From Nitrososphaeria archaeon (GTDB lineage Archaea; Thermoproteota; Nitrososphaeria; Nitrososphaerales; JAAOZN01), in NCBI GenBank assembly GCA_029775855.1, contig JARVJZ010000001.1, positions 224,001-288,000 on the forward strand: a stretch of DNA of 64,000 nt. The letters are read 5' to 3'. The notes below the pieces were generated by a model that ran no database searches, was not told where the DNA came from, and was given only the letters and a program-made list of their open reading frames with translations. Both the position numbers and the translations under genes were made by a program. Positions within the stretch are counted from its first letter, which is position 1. The number at the start of each line of letters is the position of its first letter. This document shows positions 7,688 to 17,737 of this stretch, one piece after another.

Positions 7688-9310
7688 ATGTCAAAAAGGC
7701 AGACAATCTTCAAAGAAATCTCGCCAAGCGAATTCTTCTACCGAAACCGAGACCTAGCTGGATTCAGCAACCCAAGCAGAGCCCTCTACGCAGCTACCAG
7801 AGAATTGGTCGAAAACGCATTGGATGCTTGTGAAACAGCATGTATACTACCAGACATATTCGTAAGAATAACATCAGCAACCATAGATGGAACATTAGCT
7901 GACCCCAAACCGTATACGCTTAAAGTTCAAGACAACGGTCCTGGCGTAGAGCCAAAATATGTGCCAGACGCATTCGCCCGCATCTTCTACGGAAGCAAGT
8001 TCCAACTTAAGCAGTCAAGAGGCATGTTTGGCATGGGTGCAACGATGGCAATTCTCTATGGGCAAGTCACAACAAACAAACCCGTGTTAGTAACAACCTC
8101 AGTCGATGGTGAGAAAGCATATACATTTGAGATGATGGTCAATATACACGACAATACACCCCTTGTACTGAACAGAACGGTCAAACCAGCTAACGGTAAG
8201 ACAGGCCTATCTGTACAGCTAACATTAGAAGGCGACTACAGCAGATCAGGGTCAAAGATTCAAGAATACTTTAAGCAGACCGCCCTAGTAACACCATACG
8301 CCAACATACTATTCATAGATCCAAATGGCAGACTCTTCTTCTATAGCCGAGCCACCGATAAGATGCCAAAACCAGCAAAAGAGACACTGCCACATCCACT
8401 AGGCATAGACATAGAAGCGCTAAGAAGACTGCTTAAGGAATCTAAAGAGCCCACACTCAAAAAGTTTCTCTCAAAGAACTTCCACAGAGTTGGAGACAAC
8501 ATCGCAGAAGACTTCTTAAAGTTCGCAGGTTTAGACGCAGAAGCAGACCCAAAAAGGTTATCAAACGACGAGATAACCAGATTCGTAAGCGCATTACACT
8601 CATACAAAAACTTTCTACCCCCGGACGCAAGATGCCTATCACCTTTAGGTGAAGAACTCCTTGCAGCTGGCATAGAGAAGGAACTGCAGCCTGAGTTTTT
8701 AGCAGTTATACAAAGACCTCCTTCAGCCTACTCCGGCTTCCCCTTTATAGTTGAAGTTGGTTTAGCGTACGGTGGAAAGGGTGTTGAGCAAGGGTTAAAA
8801 CTGCTAAGGTTCGCAAACAGGATACCCCTTTTATACGACGAAGCGAACGACATATCTTGGAAGGTAGTTAACGAGGAGATAGATTGGAAGAGATATAACA
8901 TACCTCAAGATGCACCACTTACCATCATAACACACGTCTGCTCAACGAAGGTACCATACAAAACAGTAGGAAAAGAATACCTTGCAGACAGACCAGAACT
9001 CGAAAGGGAGCTTAAAAACGGAGTGAGAGAGGTTCTTCGAAGGCTCGGCACATACCTCTCACGCAAAAACACGCTTGCATTCGCTAAAAAGAAAATGAAT
9101 ATCTACGAAAAATACCTACCGCTTATAGCAAGATTCTCAGCCGACCTAATAGGTGCAACAAAGCTTCCAAACTATAAGAAACTACTTAAGAAAAGCGTAG
9201 AAGAAACCGCTGAAAATTTTGAAGAACCTATAGTAGAAGTGGAGAATAAGCCCATTGAAAATAAGGTGGTGAAACTTGAGCAGAGGAGACTCGAAGACTT
9301 TAGCCAGTAG
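7688..9310 (+). CDS. top6B: DNA topoisomerase VI subunit B
   Basis: GHKL motifs ELVENALDA, DNGPG, SRGMFGMG; RFANRIPLL, STKVPY. Confidence 0.97.
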   Translation: MSKRQTIFKEISPSEFFYRNRDLAGFSNPSRALYAATRELVENALDACETACILPDIFVRITSATIDGTLADPKPYTLKVQDNGPGVEPKYVPDAFARIFYGSKFQLKQSRGMFGMGATMAILYGQVTTNKPVLVTTSVDGEKAYTFEMMVNIHDNTPLVLNRTVKPANGKTGLSVQLTLEGDYSRSGSKIQEYFKQTALVTPYANILFIDPNGRLFFYSRATDKMPKPAKETLPHPLGIDIEALRRLLKESKEPTLKKFLSKNFHRVGDNIAEDFLKFAGLDAEADPKRLSNDEITRFVSALHSYKNFLPPDARCLSPLGEELLAAGIEKELQPEFLAVIQRPPSAYSGFPFIVEVGLAYGGKGVEQGLKLLRFANRIPLLYDEANDISWKVVNEEIDWKRYNIPQDAPLTIITHVCSTKVPYKTVGKEYLADRPELERELKNGVREVLRRLGTYLSRKNTLAFAKKKMNIYEKYLPLIARFSADLIGATKLPNYKKLLKKSVEETAENFEEPIVEVENKPIENKVVKLEQRRLEDFSQ

Positions 9311-10373
9311 AAGAAAAGCTGAGGTAAAGAAACTGCTACGCCAATTAGGGCAGAAAGTATACGAAGACTTAGAAAAAGAAACCTTTCCAGAAGTAACGTT
9401 AGCAAGCAGATCTGTAAGCAACATAGTGTATGATGAACGGCTTAAACAATATGTTCTCGGACCGAGTAAAACAAGAAGATCAGCCCATAATATCAAGCAC
9501 ATACGTTCATTTACTCAGCTGATCTGGCTTGCCTCATTTGTGAATAAGCTTGTTGAGACATCTAAGACCTCCACACTTAGAGACGTCTTCTATTCCTCTC
9601 AAGCGTATGGTGTAGACTTTAGCGATCAATCTGAATCTGATGAGATCATAACTGATCTAGAGGTTTTACTATCAAAGGCGCGTGAAGACTTCAACGTATA
9701 CCCAGAGGAGCGCTCCGCAATATTCGGGGACTTAACGATAGAATATACTGTGCCTGGATATGAGGGGCGGCGCCTAAATCTAGCATCTCACCCAGATGGA
9801 TACCTTATAGGACCTAGTCTGAGCACTGCAGAGTTTGTGGATACTTCAGCTGAAATGGTTATAGCGGTCGAGAAGGGTGGTCTGTTCACTAGGTTTGTTG
9901 AAGAGAATGTGCATAAGAGGTATAAGGCGTTAATTGTAGATACAGCAGGCCAACCTCCTAGGTCAACACGATACATGCTGAAGCGGTTGAATACAGAGCT
10001 AAAGCTTCCAGTCTACATTCTTGCTGATGGCGATGTTTATGGTGAACACATAGCTATGGTTATAGTTTCAGGCTCTGTGGGCGCTGCTCACCTCCACGAT
10101 CTAACCGTTCCGGACGCTAAGTGGATAGGTGTATGGGGAACCGATATAGTGAAATATCGTCTGCCAAGCGACCCTCTAAGCGAAATCGACATAAAGAGGA
10201 TATATGAATTAAAGAAGGATCCTAGGTATGCAAAAGGCATCTGGCAGCGTGAACTTGACATGTTTCTTAAGATAAAGAGGAAGAGTGAACTAGAGGCGTT
10301 TGCAAAATATGGCTTAACCACAATAGTAGATAAGTATCTCCCTGAGAAGCTGCAGGAGGCAAAGAGCCTTTAA
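9276..10373 (+). CDS. top6A: DNA topoisomerase VI subunit A
   Basis: TLRDVFY (catalytic Tyr), AVEK, TAGQP, DGDVYG TOPRIM motif, KSELEA. Confidence 0.97.
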   Translation: MSRGDSKTLASRRKAEVKKLLRQLGQKVYEDLEKETFPEVTLASRSVSNIVYDERLKQYVLGPSKTRRSAHNIKHIRSFTQLIWLASFVNKLVETSKTSTLRDVFYSSQAYGVDFSDQSESDEIITDLEVLLSKAREDFNVYPEERSAIFGDLTIEYTVPGYEGRRLNLASHPDGYLIGPSLSTAEFVDTSAEMVIAVEKGGLFTRFVEENVHKRYKALIVDTAGQPPRSTRYMLKRLNTELKLPVYILADGDVYGEHIAMVIVSGSVGAAHLHDLTVPDAKWIGVWGTDIVKYRLPSDPLSEIDIKRIYELKKDPRYAKGIWQRELDMFLKIKRKSELEAFAKYGLTTIVDKYLPEKLQEAKSL

Positions 10374-10966
10374 CCTCTACTTCTTGGCTTGACCACAATC
10401 TCTCTAACATAGAGCTCAAAGAAGTTATTTGAATGGGCTGGTTTAAGCACAACCGCTGTATCAGCGCCCCCACCACTACCAGCTACTGCAACACAATCTC
10501 TCTCCACAGAGATAAGACCAGCATCAGCAGCCATAACAGCTATCTCTATGCAAACCTTCAAACCATTACCCAGCAGCTTAAGCCCCTCCGCTAAGATCTC
10601 TACTGGTCCGTAGGTGTTCAACTTTCTTCTGATAGAGCGCTCTACTCCAGATAGAGCGTGTGTCGCTGTAAGCAGCTTTGCACCACTCCTCAGTATCTCA
10701 GACTCTAACTCAGGCCTCATCTGCTGAACATCAGGCTGCTCAAAGCCGGTATGATGCCTAACTATAATTAGATTGAAGCCTTTGAATATCTTGCAAGCCT
10801 TTACCCCCGTCGCTCCAGATGTGGAGGCGACGACTATATCTCTAATCTTTAAGGTTTCAGCACGCTCTTTAGCAGCGTGTAAGGTTAGTTCTGTATCTGC
10901 TTCTTCAGGTGAATCGAAGTAGATTATCTTTTCTACCCTCAATCTTAATTCACCGTGTCTATGCAT
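10370..10966 (-). CDS. Pyruvate-kinase alpha/beta-domain protein (MTH1675/COG1751-like)
   Basis: VVASTSGATG, HHTGF, HALSGVERS, GLKVCIEIAVMAADAG, GGGADTA. Confidence 0.85.
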   Translation of the reverse strand: MHRHGELRLRVEKIIYFDSPEEADTELTLHAAKERAETLKIRDIVVASTSGATGVKACKIFKGFNLIIVRHHTGFEQPDVQQMRPELESEILRSGAKLLTATHALSGVERSIRRKLNTYGPVEILAEGLKLLGNGLKVCIEIAVMAADAGLISVERDCVAVAGSGGGADTAVVLKPAHSNNFFELYVREIVVKPRSRG

Positions 10967-11118
10967 CTTAGATACACATATAGAAAGGTTGTGAATTATT
11001 TTAGCTTCTCTAACTACAGGTTGGCGATGAAGGTGGATTTTACTGTGAAGGGTTTAAAACAGCTCTGCTGCTAATAGGTAGACAAGCATATTTACGCAAG
11101 AAGCGTAGGAGGGTTACC

Positions 11119-11946
11119 TTGAGCTCTGCTAAAGAAACCCCAAACAAGCAGCAACTACCACCAAGTTTAGACTTGAAGAACTGGCTACCCTTTGTTAAGA
11201 AGTGGAGTATAATCACCGAAACCCTCTGGCTCATACCTAAGAGAGATAACAGTGGGTCGATGAAGGAGCTTCACCACGGTGAGTTCATCCCTCAGATACC
11301 TAGACAAGCCATACTAAGATTCACGAAACCCTATGAGTTGGTCATAGACCCCTTCGTCGGCTACGGCACTACACTCGTAGAATGCCAAAGGCTCGGTAGA
11401 AATGGTATAGGTGTTGAATTAGAGCGCCACATCGCAGAAGTCGCTAACCGAAGAATCAAAGAGGAACAAAACCCCTATAATGTAAAAGTTGAAGTCATAG
11501 AGGGAGACAGTAGTGACTTCGATTTTAATGAAATCCTTCACGAGAGAAACTTTGCTGAGGCATCGTTAATAATCGCACATCCCCCATATCACGATATTAT
11601 CAAATATGGTCAAGATCCTAGAAACCTTGCGAATGCCCGCACATTAGAAGATTTCCTTCAAGCATACGGCAAGGTTCTTGATAATGTGTTGAGAGTTTTA
11701 GCCAGAAGCGGATATTATGTGCTTGTTATTGGGGATAAGTATACGAAAGGGGAGTGGATTCCACTCGGATTTCATACGATGAACGAGACTCTCAAGCGAG
11801 GATTGAAGCTTAAAGCAATCTGCGTTAAAAACTTTGAAGAAACCATGGCTAAGCGTAGGCAGATTAACCTTTGGAAGTATAGAACATTAAAATTGGGGAC
11901 CTACTTCTTTAAGCATGAATATGTTATGTTCTTTCGAAAGGAGTAG
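11119..11946 (+). CDS. Orphan N4/N6 amino-DNA methyltransferase
   Basis: DPFVGYGTT SAM motif followed by HPPY, IGD and HEYVM. Confidence 0.8.
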   Translation: MSSAKETPNKQQLPPSLDLKNWLPFVKKWSIITETLWLIPKRDNSGSMKELHHGEFIPQIPRQAILRFTKPYELVIDPFVGYGTTLVECQRLGRNGIGVELERHIAEVANRRIKEEQNPYNVKVEVIEGDSSDFDFNEILHERNFAEASLIIAHPPYHDIIKYGQDPRNLANARTLEDFLQAYGKVLDNVLRVLARSGYYVLVIGDKYTKGEWIPLGFHTMNETLKRGLKLKAICVKNFEETMAKRRQINLWKYRTLKLGTYFFKHEYVMFFRKE

Positions 11947-12020
11947 AGAATATGCGACTCATAGCAGATGCTTTGATTAGTTTTTATAAGGTTGGTTTGC
12001 GTATATAATGGTGTTCGAAA

Positions 12021-12587
12021 TTGTATGCTTCGAAGCCTAAGTTTACCTTCATCTTTATTCTTTTTATACTAGCATTCTTCATTTACCAGAACATCTCAGA
12101 TGCTTGGATTAACTTAGCCTTCTTTCCAGCCTTTGCTTTTACAGAGCCTTGGACGTTTATAACATCCGTCTTTCTACACGCGGATTTTATACATCTATTC
12201 TTTAACATCTTCGCACTCTTCTTTTTCGGCATATATCTAGAGAGAATAATAGGTAACGGAGCCTTCGCAGCCCTCTTCTTCGTTTCAGGCGTAGTAGGGA
12301 ACTTGGGGTATTTGATTACCTCATCTAACCCTTACATACCAGCCATAGGGGCTTCAGGAGCAATATATGGTGTAATCGGCACGCTAGCTGTACTAGCTCC
12401 ATCACTTCTAGTCTATATCTACGGCTTTATACCTGTGCCTATGGCTTTAGCAGCAGTCATCTGGGCTCTAATAGATCTAGGCGGTCTATTTGTGCCCTCT
12501 GGAATTGCGCATGGCGCGCATCTAGGAGGTATGCTTGTAGGTCTACTTTACGGCGCGTATCTAAGAATTCGGGTTAGACGGGGTTAA
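12021..12587 (+). CDS. Rhomboid intramembrane serine protease
   Basis: PWTFITSVFLH, HLFFN, GASG, AHLGG. Confidence 0.95.
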   Translation: MYASKPKFTFIFILFILAFFIYQNISDAWINLAFFPAFAFTEPWTFITSVFLHADFIHLFFNIFALFFFGIYLERIIGNGAFAALFFVSGVVGNLGYLITSSNPYIPAIGASGAIYGVIGTLAVLAPSLLVYIYGFIPVPMALAAVIWALIDLGGLFVPSGIAHGAHLGGMLVGLLYGAYLRIRVRRG

Positions 12588-13581
12588 GTTCGAGTGAAAT
12601 TTGTGTAGTTTTAGCTGCTGGCAGATTCTTCCAATCACCTTTGATAGCCGGCTTTCCCCTTAACCTCTGTATGTAGTTATAAGCGGAGAGAGCTGCTATT
12701 GCACCTTGGGCTGCTGAGATCACAACCTGCTTATATGGAGAATCGGTCACATCACCAGCTGCAAATACCCCTGGATGTGAAGTTGAACCGTCTTTAGCGG
12801 TTACGATTTCGTTCTTAGCGTTAAGCTGCACTAAATGTTTAACCAAGTCTGTCTTTGCAACATAACCCATCTCTACAAACACACCTTGCACTGGTATATC
12901 CCTCATTACACTCCCTTTCTCTTTAATTGTGACCGACTCAACAGTGTTGTTGCCATTAATTCTTACAACCTCTGATTCCGGCATAAACAACACATTACTC
13001 TTGCCTCGCAGAGCCTCAACTAGCTCATCTGCTGCAAGGAGTTTAGCCAACTTATATATTAAATGCACTTTGGAAGCGATGTTACTTAGCAGCAAGGCTG
13101 CTTCTGCAGCTGGTTCGGAAGAGCCTACTACAGCAACATCTTTTCCTCTGAACAGTGGGCCGTCACAAATAGCGCAGTAAGAAACACCTTTAGACTTTAA
13201 CCGCTCTTCGCCTTCTACGCCCAAGTCTCTTGGCGTCTTTCCGAATGCTAGAATTAAGGCGCAAGCATCATACTCTCCACCTGTGGTTCTGACTGTGAAG
13301 CAGACTCCGTCTTTATCCTTGATCTCCTTGACCTCTTCGAACATTATCTTTACACCATAGAGCATCGCCTGCTCCTGAAACTTCTTCATCAACTCTAAGC
13401 CACTTATGTTTATGAAGCCTGGATAATTCTGTATGGAGTCTGTTAGAAGCGCTTGCCCACCTATATCTTTGGTTACGAGAAGAGTCTTCAAACCTTGTCT
13501 TCCTGCATAGAGCGCTGCTGTTAGACCCGCTGAAGCCCCCCCGATTATTATCAAGTCGTATAGACGATCGTTACTATTCAA
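12574..13581 (-). CDS. trxB: Thioredoxin reductase
   Basis: GGASAG FAD motif, GVSYCAICDG redox CxxC, FAAGD. Confidence 0.9.
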   Translation of the reverse strand: MNSNDRLYDLIIIGGASAGLTAALYAGRQGLKTLLVTKDIGGQALLTDSIQNYPGFINISGLELMKKFQEQAMLYGVKIMFEEVKEIKDKDGVCFTVRTTGGEYDACALILAFGKTPRDLGVEGEERLKSKGVSYCAICDGPLFRGKDVAVVGSSEPAAEAALLLSNIASKVHLIYKLAKLLAADELVEALRGKSNVLFMPESEVVRINGNNTVESVTIKEKGSVMRDIPVQGVFVEMGYVAKTDLVKHLVQLNAKNEIVTAKDGSTSHPGVFAAGDVTDSPYKQVVISAAQGAIAALSAYNYIQRLRGKPAIKGDWKNLPAAKTTQISLELNPV

Positions 13582-13630
13582 CTAAATTCACCCAATCTAA
13601 CATGTGTAAAAGGGTAATCCTTTAAAAGGG

Positions 13631-13918
13631 TTGAGCTATGAGCATCTATCGTTGAGCTACATAGACTTCGGTTTAGCATTAGCAGGCGCTTGGTTCGCTA
13701 CCTTGACTGGAGCAGTAGCGTTGATTATAGTGGTTATAGAGTTCTTCAAAAAGTTTGGTGTTAGAAGTGAGGAATCAACTCAGAGTGCTGAAACCAAGAT
13801 TCAAGCCTCAGAAGAAAAAATAGAGCAGCTTAGCGAAGAAGAAGCCACAACCGTAGTGGCCCTAGCAGCGATCCAAGCCTATCTCAGCGAAGAGCAAAAG
13901 GAGGCGACAGAATCTTGA
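13631..13918 (+). CDS. OadG/MmdD-like membrane anchor subunit of a Na+-translocating decarboxylase
   Basis: Single TM, acidic linker, VVALAAIQAYL; precedes the biotin carrier and beta subunit. Confidence 0.7.
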   Translation: MSYEHLSLSYIDFGLALAGAWFATLTGAVALIIVVIEFFKKFGVRSEESTQSAETKIQASEEKIEQLSEEEATTVVALAAIQAYLSEEQKEATES

Positions 13919-14394
13919 AGCGCCGATTCAAGATTACCGTAGGTGGAAAGACCTATGAAGTCGAAGTCGAAGAAACTACACCTGCTGAACCAGAACCAGC
14001 ACCTCCACCATACATAGGGCCACCTAGGATACTTACAGAGCCTCCGAAGCGCACACCTACACCGCGACCAGCTTTATCACCTCCTCCAAAGAAAATTGAG
14101 GCATCAAGAGCAGCGGTGGCACCAACCCCACAACTTCAGCAGATCCAGCCTTCTCCTCCGGAGACGGCTGCAGCTGTAACTGGTGAGACCATAAAAGCAC
14201 CCTTACCTGGCGTTGTTGTCTCGATTAAAGTAAAAGAAGGAGATCAGGTCAAGCAAGGTGATACGTTGCTCATTTTGGAGAGTATGAAGATGGAGAATTC
14301 TTTAGCCGCGCCTCGAAGTGGTGTTGTTAAGCGTATTTTAGTTCAGCATAGAGCTTCGGTTCAGCACGGTGACCCGCTTATTGTATTAGAATAG
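13915..14394 (+). CDS. Biotin carboxyl carrier subunit (MmdC-like)
   Basis: FKITVGGKTYEVEVE, Pro/Ala-rich linker, APLPG, ESMKM biotin site. Confidence 0.92.
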   Translation: MKRRFKITVGGKTYEVEVEETTPAEPEPAPPPYIGPPRILTEPPKRTPTPRPALSPPPKKIEASRAAVAPTPQLQQIQPSPPETAAAVTGETIKAPLPGVVVSIKVKEGDQVKQGDTLLILESMKMENSLAAPRSGVVKRILVQHRASVQHGDPLIVLE

Positions 14395-14404
14395 GCTGAG
14401 CTGC

Positions 14405-15517
14405 TTGTCTGCTCTTCTACCCTTTCCTTTCAGTAATATTGTTATGATAGGTGTGGGTGTGCTTCTTGTGTACGTTGCTGTGTGGAAGCGGTATGAGCCT
14501 TTACTTCTTGTTCCTATAGGCTTCGGAGCGATTTTAGTCAACCTACCTTTCAGTGGACTTAACGAGCCGGGGGGGTTTCTGAGGATACTTTATGACGTCG
14601 GTATTGCTACTGAGCTCTTCCCGATTTTGATATTTATCGGCTTAGGTGCTATGATAGACTTTAGCGCTCTTTTCGAGAGACCTTGGGTTATGGTCTTCTC
14701 TATCCCCGCGCAGCTCGGGATACTAGCAGCTTTACTCTTATCTTTGGCTCTTGGCTTTAATCCGGCAGAAGCTATAAGTATTGGGATAATTGGTGCGATG
14801 GATGGGCCTACAGCCATCTACGTGACATCTACTTACGCACCTAGTCTCCTACCAGCGGTGACGGTCTGCGCTTATTCGTATATGTCACTCATACCACTCT
14901 TACAGATCCCCCTTTCTAAGCTTATTGTTTCAAAGAGGGAGAGAGCCATAAGGATGGATTATAAACCAAGCAGATATCCTAAAGTAATGAAGATCGTCTT
15001 TCCAATCCTTGTGACTGTGATTGTAGGAAGCTTAGCGCCAAAAGGCATACCCCTTATAGGCTCACTTATGTTCGGAAACTTTCTAAGAGAGAGCGGTGTA
15101 GTAGATAGACTTGCTAAGTCTGCTCAAAATGAATTAGCAAACATAACTACCATACTACTTGGCATCGCGATAGGCGGTACAATGGTTGCAGACCAATTCC
15201 TACGCCTGCAAACCATTTTAATCTTTGCACTCGGATTAGTGGCCTTCATAGTAGGCTTAAGCTGCGGGTTACTCTCAGCAAAACTACTTAACATAATAAC
15301 AAAAGGCAAGGTGAATCCACTTTTAGGAGCAACTGGGGTATCAGCCTTCCCTATGGCTGGAAGGACAGCTCACTTAATCGCCAGAGAAGAGGATCAAGGT
15401 AATTGGCTTCTAATGCACGCTATGGCTGCTAATGTAGGTGGGCAGATAGCATCGGTAATAGCTGGTGCAGCCCTCTTAACTTACGGAGAGATGCTCGGTG
15501 CGCTCCCGGCCGTCTGA
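14405..15517 (+). CDS. oadB: Na+-translocating decarboxylase beta subunit (OadB/MmdB)
   Basis: YEPLLLVPIGFG, IGIIGAMDGPTAI, AYSYMSL, GVSAFPMAGR, ANVGGQIAS. Confidence 0.93.
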   Translation: MSALLPFPFSNIVMIGVGVLLVYVAVWKRYEPLLLVPIGFGAILVNLPFSGLNEPGGFLRILYDVGIATELFPILIFIGLGAMIDFSALFERPWVMVFSIPAQLGILAALLLSLALGFNPAEAISIGIIGAMDGPTAIYVTSTYAPSLLPAVTVCAYSYMSLIPLLQIPLSKLIVSKRERAIRMDYKPSRYPKVMKIVFPILVTVIVGSLAPKGIPLIGSLMFGNFLRESGVVDRLAKSAQNELANITTILLGIAIGGTMVADQFLRLQTILIFALGLVAFIVGLSCGLLSAKLLNIITKGKVNPLLGATGVSAFPMAGRTAHLIAREEDQGNWLLMHAMAANVGGQIASVIAGAALLTYGEMLGALPAV

Positions 15518-15518
15518 T

Positions 15519-17279
15519 CTACTTTACTGTAACTGACTTGGCTAAGTTTCTAGGGTAGTCTGGGTTCTGGCCGCGCTCTAATGCTGAGTAGTATGCGAAC
15601 ATCTGAAGTGGTATGACCTCCACTATCGGATAAAAGATGCTTTCGACTGAAGGAATCTCCACATAATAGTCGTAAAGAGGGTTTGCAACGTCTGATACAC
15701 CTATCACCTTAGCCCCCCTCGCCTTAAGCTCAGCAACATTACTTAACGTATCGTGGTAAGTCTTATCATTGGGGTTAAGCGCCACAACAGGCACACCTTC
15801 GGATATGAGCGCCAGCGTGCCGTGTTTAAGTTCACCTGCTGCAAACCCTTCAGCGTGGATGTAAGATAACTCTTTAAGTTTCAAAGCGCCTTCGAGCGCT
15901 ATAGGGTAATTTAGACCTCTGCCTATGAAGTAGCAGTCTTTAGCTGTTAAAAACACTTGAGCAAGATATGCGAGCTGGCGTTCAACATCAAACACTCTGT
16001 TAACAGCTTTACTGAGACGCTGTAGGTCAGCGGCTGTGTTAGAAAGTCTAAAAGCGATGCTGTAGATGACCGCTAATTGGGCTGTAAAAGACTTTGTAGC
16101 AGCAACACCAACTTCAGGGCCGCATTTTAAGTAGAGTGTATAGTCACTCTCTCTTGCTAATGATGAAGTCGGTGTATTTACTATCGAAAGTACAGAGGCG
16201 CCCTTCCTCTTACCGACGTTAATCGCTGATAACACATCGGCAGTTTCTCCGCTCTGGGAGATGGCAAGCAGAAGCGTATCTTCATCCACAAGTGGTATAT
16301 AATCTTCAAACTCGCTCGCTAAGATCACTTCCGCGGGAAGCTTAGCCATCTTAATGAATAGATGCTTAGCTATTAGCGCCGCATGGTAGCTCGTTCCAGC
16401 TCCTATGATATATACCCTGTTTACTCCTTGTAGTGATAGGCAGAAGCGGTCAACCTCGTTTATATCTTGGTTAAAGGCTTTGAATATGGATTCACGCTGC
16501 TCATGAATCTCTTTTAACGTATAGTGCGTGAACTCCTTCTTTTGAAAGCTTGTAGCTTCCCACGCTAAGGTTGATATTGTATGCAGAACTTCTTCGCCGT
16601 TAAAGTTCCATATTGTATAGCTATTTCTTCTAACCTCAGCTACCTCAAAGTTATCCAAGAATATAGCTTCTTTTGTATGCTTAAGGAATGAGAGTACATC
16701 ACTCGCTACAAAATTTTTATTTCCACCTAGACCTATTATAAGTGGTGCATCCTTCCTCACACCGTACAACCTATCGTTTAGATCTCTAAATAGGACAAGG
16801 AAGGCATATGAACCCTTTAACTTGTTTACCGCAGCCAACAAAGCGTCCCTTTGATTTCTACCGGTCTTCAGCTCTTCTTCTATTAAATGCGGAATTATCT
16901 CTGTGTCTGTTGTGCTTCTGAAGATATGCCCTTTTAATTCTAATTCGTTTTTAAGTAGCTGATAGTTTTCGATGATGCCGTTATGAACAACTGCGATGCT
17001 TCTATCGCACGATAGGTGAGGATGGGCGTTCTCTGGTGTGACCCCTCCGTGTGTTGCCCAACGAGTATGCGCCAAACCTATCTTTCCACATGTACTCTTT
17101 AGGTCTGGGTTTTTGGCTAATTCGGCTACTCGACCTACAACTTTAATAACTTTGATGGTTTTCCCGTCGTGCACACCTACACCAACAGAATCATATCCCC
17201 TATACTCCATATTTGTTAAACCGTCAAGCAGTATCTCTAACACATCAGAATCGCTAACACAACCTATGATGCCACACAT
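15519..17279 (-). CDS. glmS: Glutamine-fructose-6-phosphate aminotransferase
   Basis: MCGIIG, YRGYDS, HTRWATHG, SQSGET, KHG, PRNLAKSVTV. Confidence 0.98.
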   Translation of the reverse strand: MCGIIGCVSDSDVLEILLDGLTNMEYRGYDSVGVGVHDGKTIKVIKVVGRVAELAKNPDLKSTCGKIGLAHTRWATHGGVTPENAHPHLSCDRSIAVVHNGIIENYQLLKNELELKGHIFRSTTDTEIIPHLIEEELKTGRNQRDALLAAVNKLKGSYAFLVLFRDLNDRLYGVRKDAPLIIGLGGNKNFVASDVLSFLKHTKEAIFLDNFEVAEVRRNSYTIWNFNGEEVLHTISTLAWEATSFQKKEFTHYTLKEIHEQRESIFKAFNQDINEVDRFCLSLQGVNRVYIIGAGTSYHAALIAKHLFIKMAKLPAEVILASEFEDYIPLVDEDTLLLAISQSGETADVLSAINVGKRKGASVLSIVNTPTSSLARESDYTLYLKCGPEVGVAATKSFTAQLAVIYSIAFRLSNTAADLQRLSKAVNRVFDVERQLAYLAQVFLTAKDCYFIGRGLNYPIALEGALKLKELSYIHAEGFAAGELKHGTLALISEGVPVVALNPNDKTYHDTLSNVAELKARGAKVIGVSDVANPLYDYYVEIPSVESIFYPIVEVIPLQMFAYYSALERGQNPDYPRNLAKSVTVK

Positions 17280-17332
17280 TAAACAATCTAAGCAAGTTAT
17301 TTAGATAAATATCTTACGAAAACGTATTCTGT

Positions 17333-17734
17333 CTAAGCCCTCCTCCCTCTTCTACCGCCTTTCTTCCTTGTTGTATCGTGTGGAATGGGGGTGACATCTT
17401 CTATTCTGCCTATTTTGAAGCCAGCTCTAGCTAGAGCTCTTATGGCTGCTTGCGCACCTGGTCCTGGTGTTCTAGGTCCTGTTCCTCCTACAGCTCTAAC
17501 TTTGATGTGTATGTTGGTTATGCCCTTTGCTTTGGCGGTTTCGGCTGCTGCGGTTGCTGACTTCATGGCTGCATATGGTGATGATTCGAATCTGTCTGCT
17601 TTGACGTGTCTTCCTCCTGAGCTGAATGCTATGGTTTCTGCGCCGCTTAGGTCTGTTATGTGAACTATTGTGTTGTTGTAGCTGCTGTAGATGTGTGCAA
17701 CGCCCCATTTAGTTGGTTCTTCTTTTTGCGCCAA
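17333..17734 (-). CDS. rps11: 30S ribosomal protein S11
   Basis: [34 protein letters not shown]. Confidence 0.98.
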   Translation of the reverse strand: MAQKEEPTKWGVAHIYSSYNNTIVHITDLSGAETIAFSSGGRHVKADRFESSPYAAMKSATAAAETAKAKGITNIHIKVRAVGGTGPRTPGPGAQAAIRALARAGFKIGRIEDVTPIPHDTTRKKGGRRGRRA

Positions 17735-17737
17735 TCT

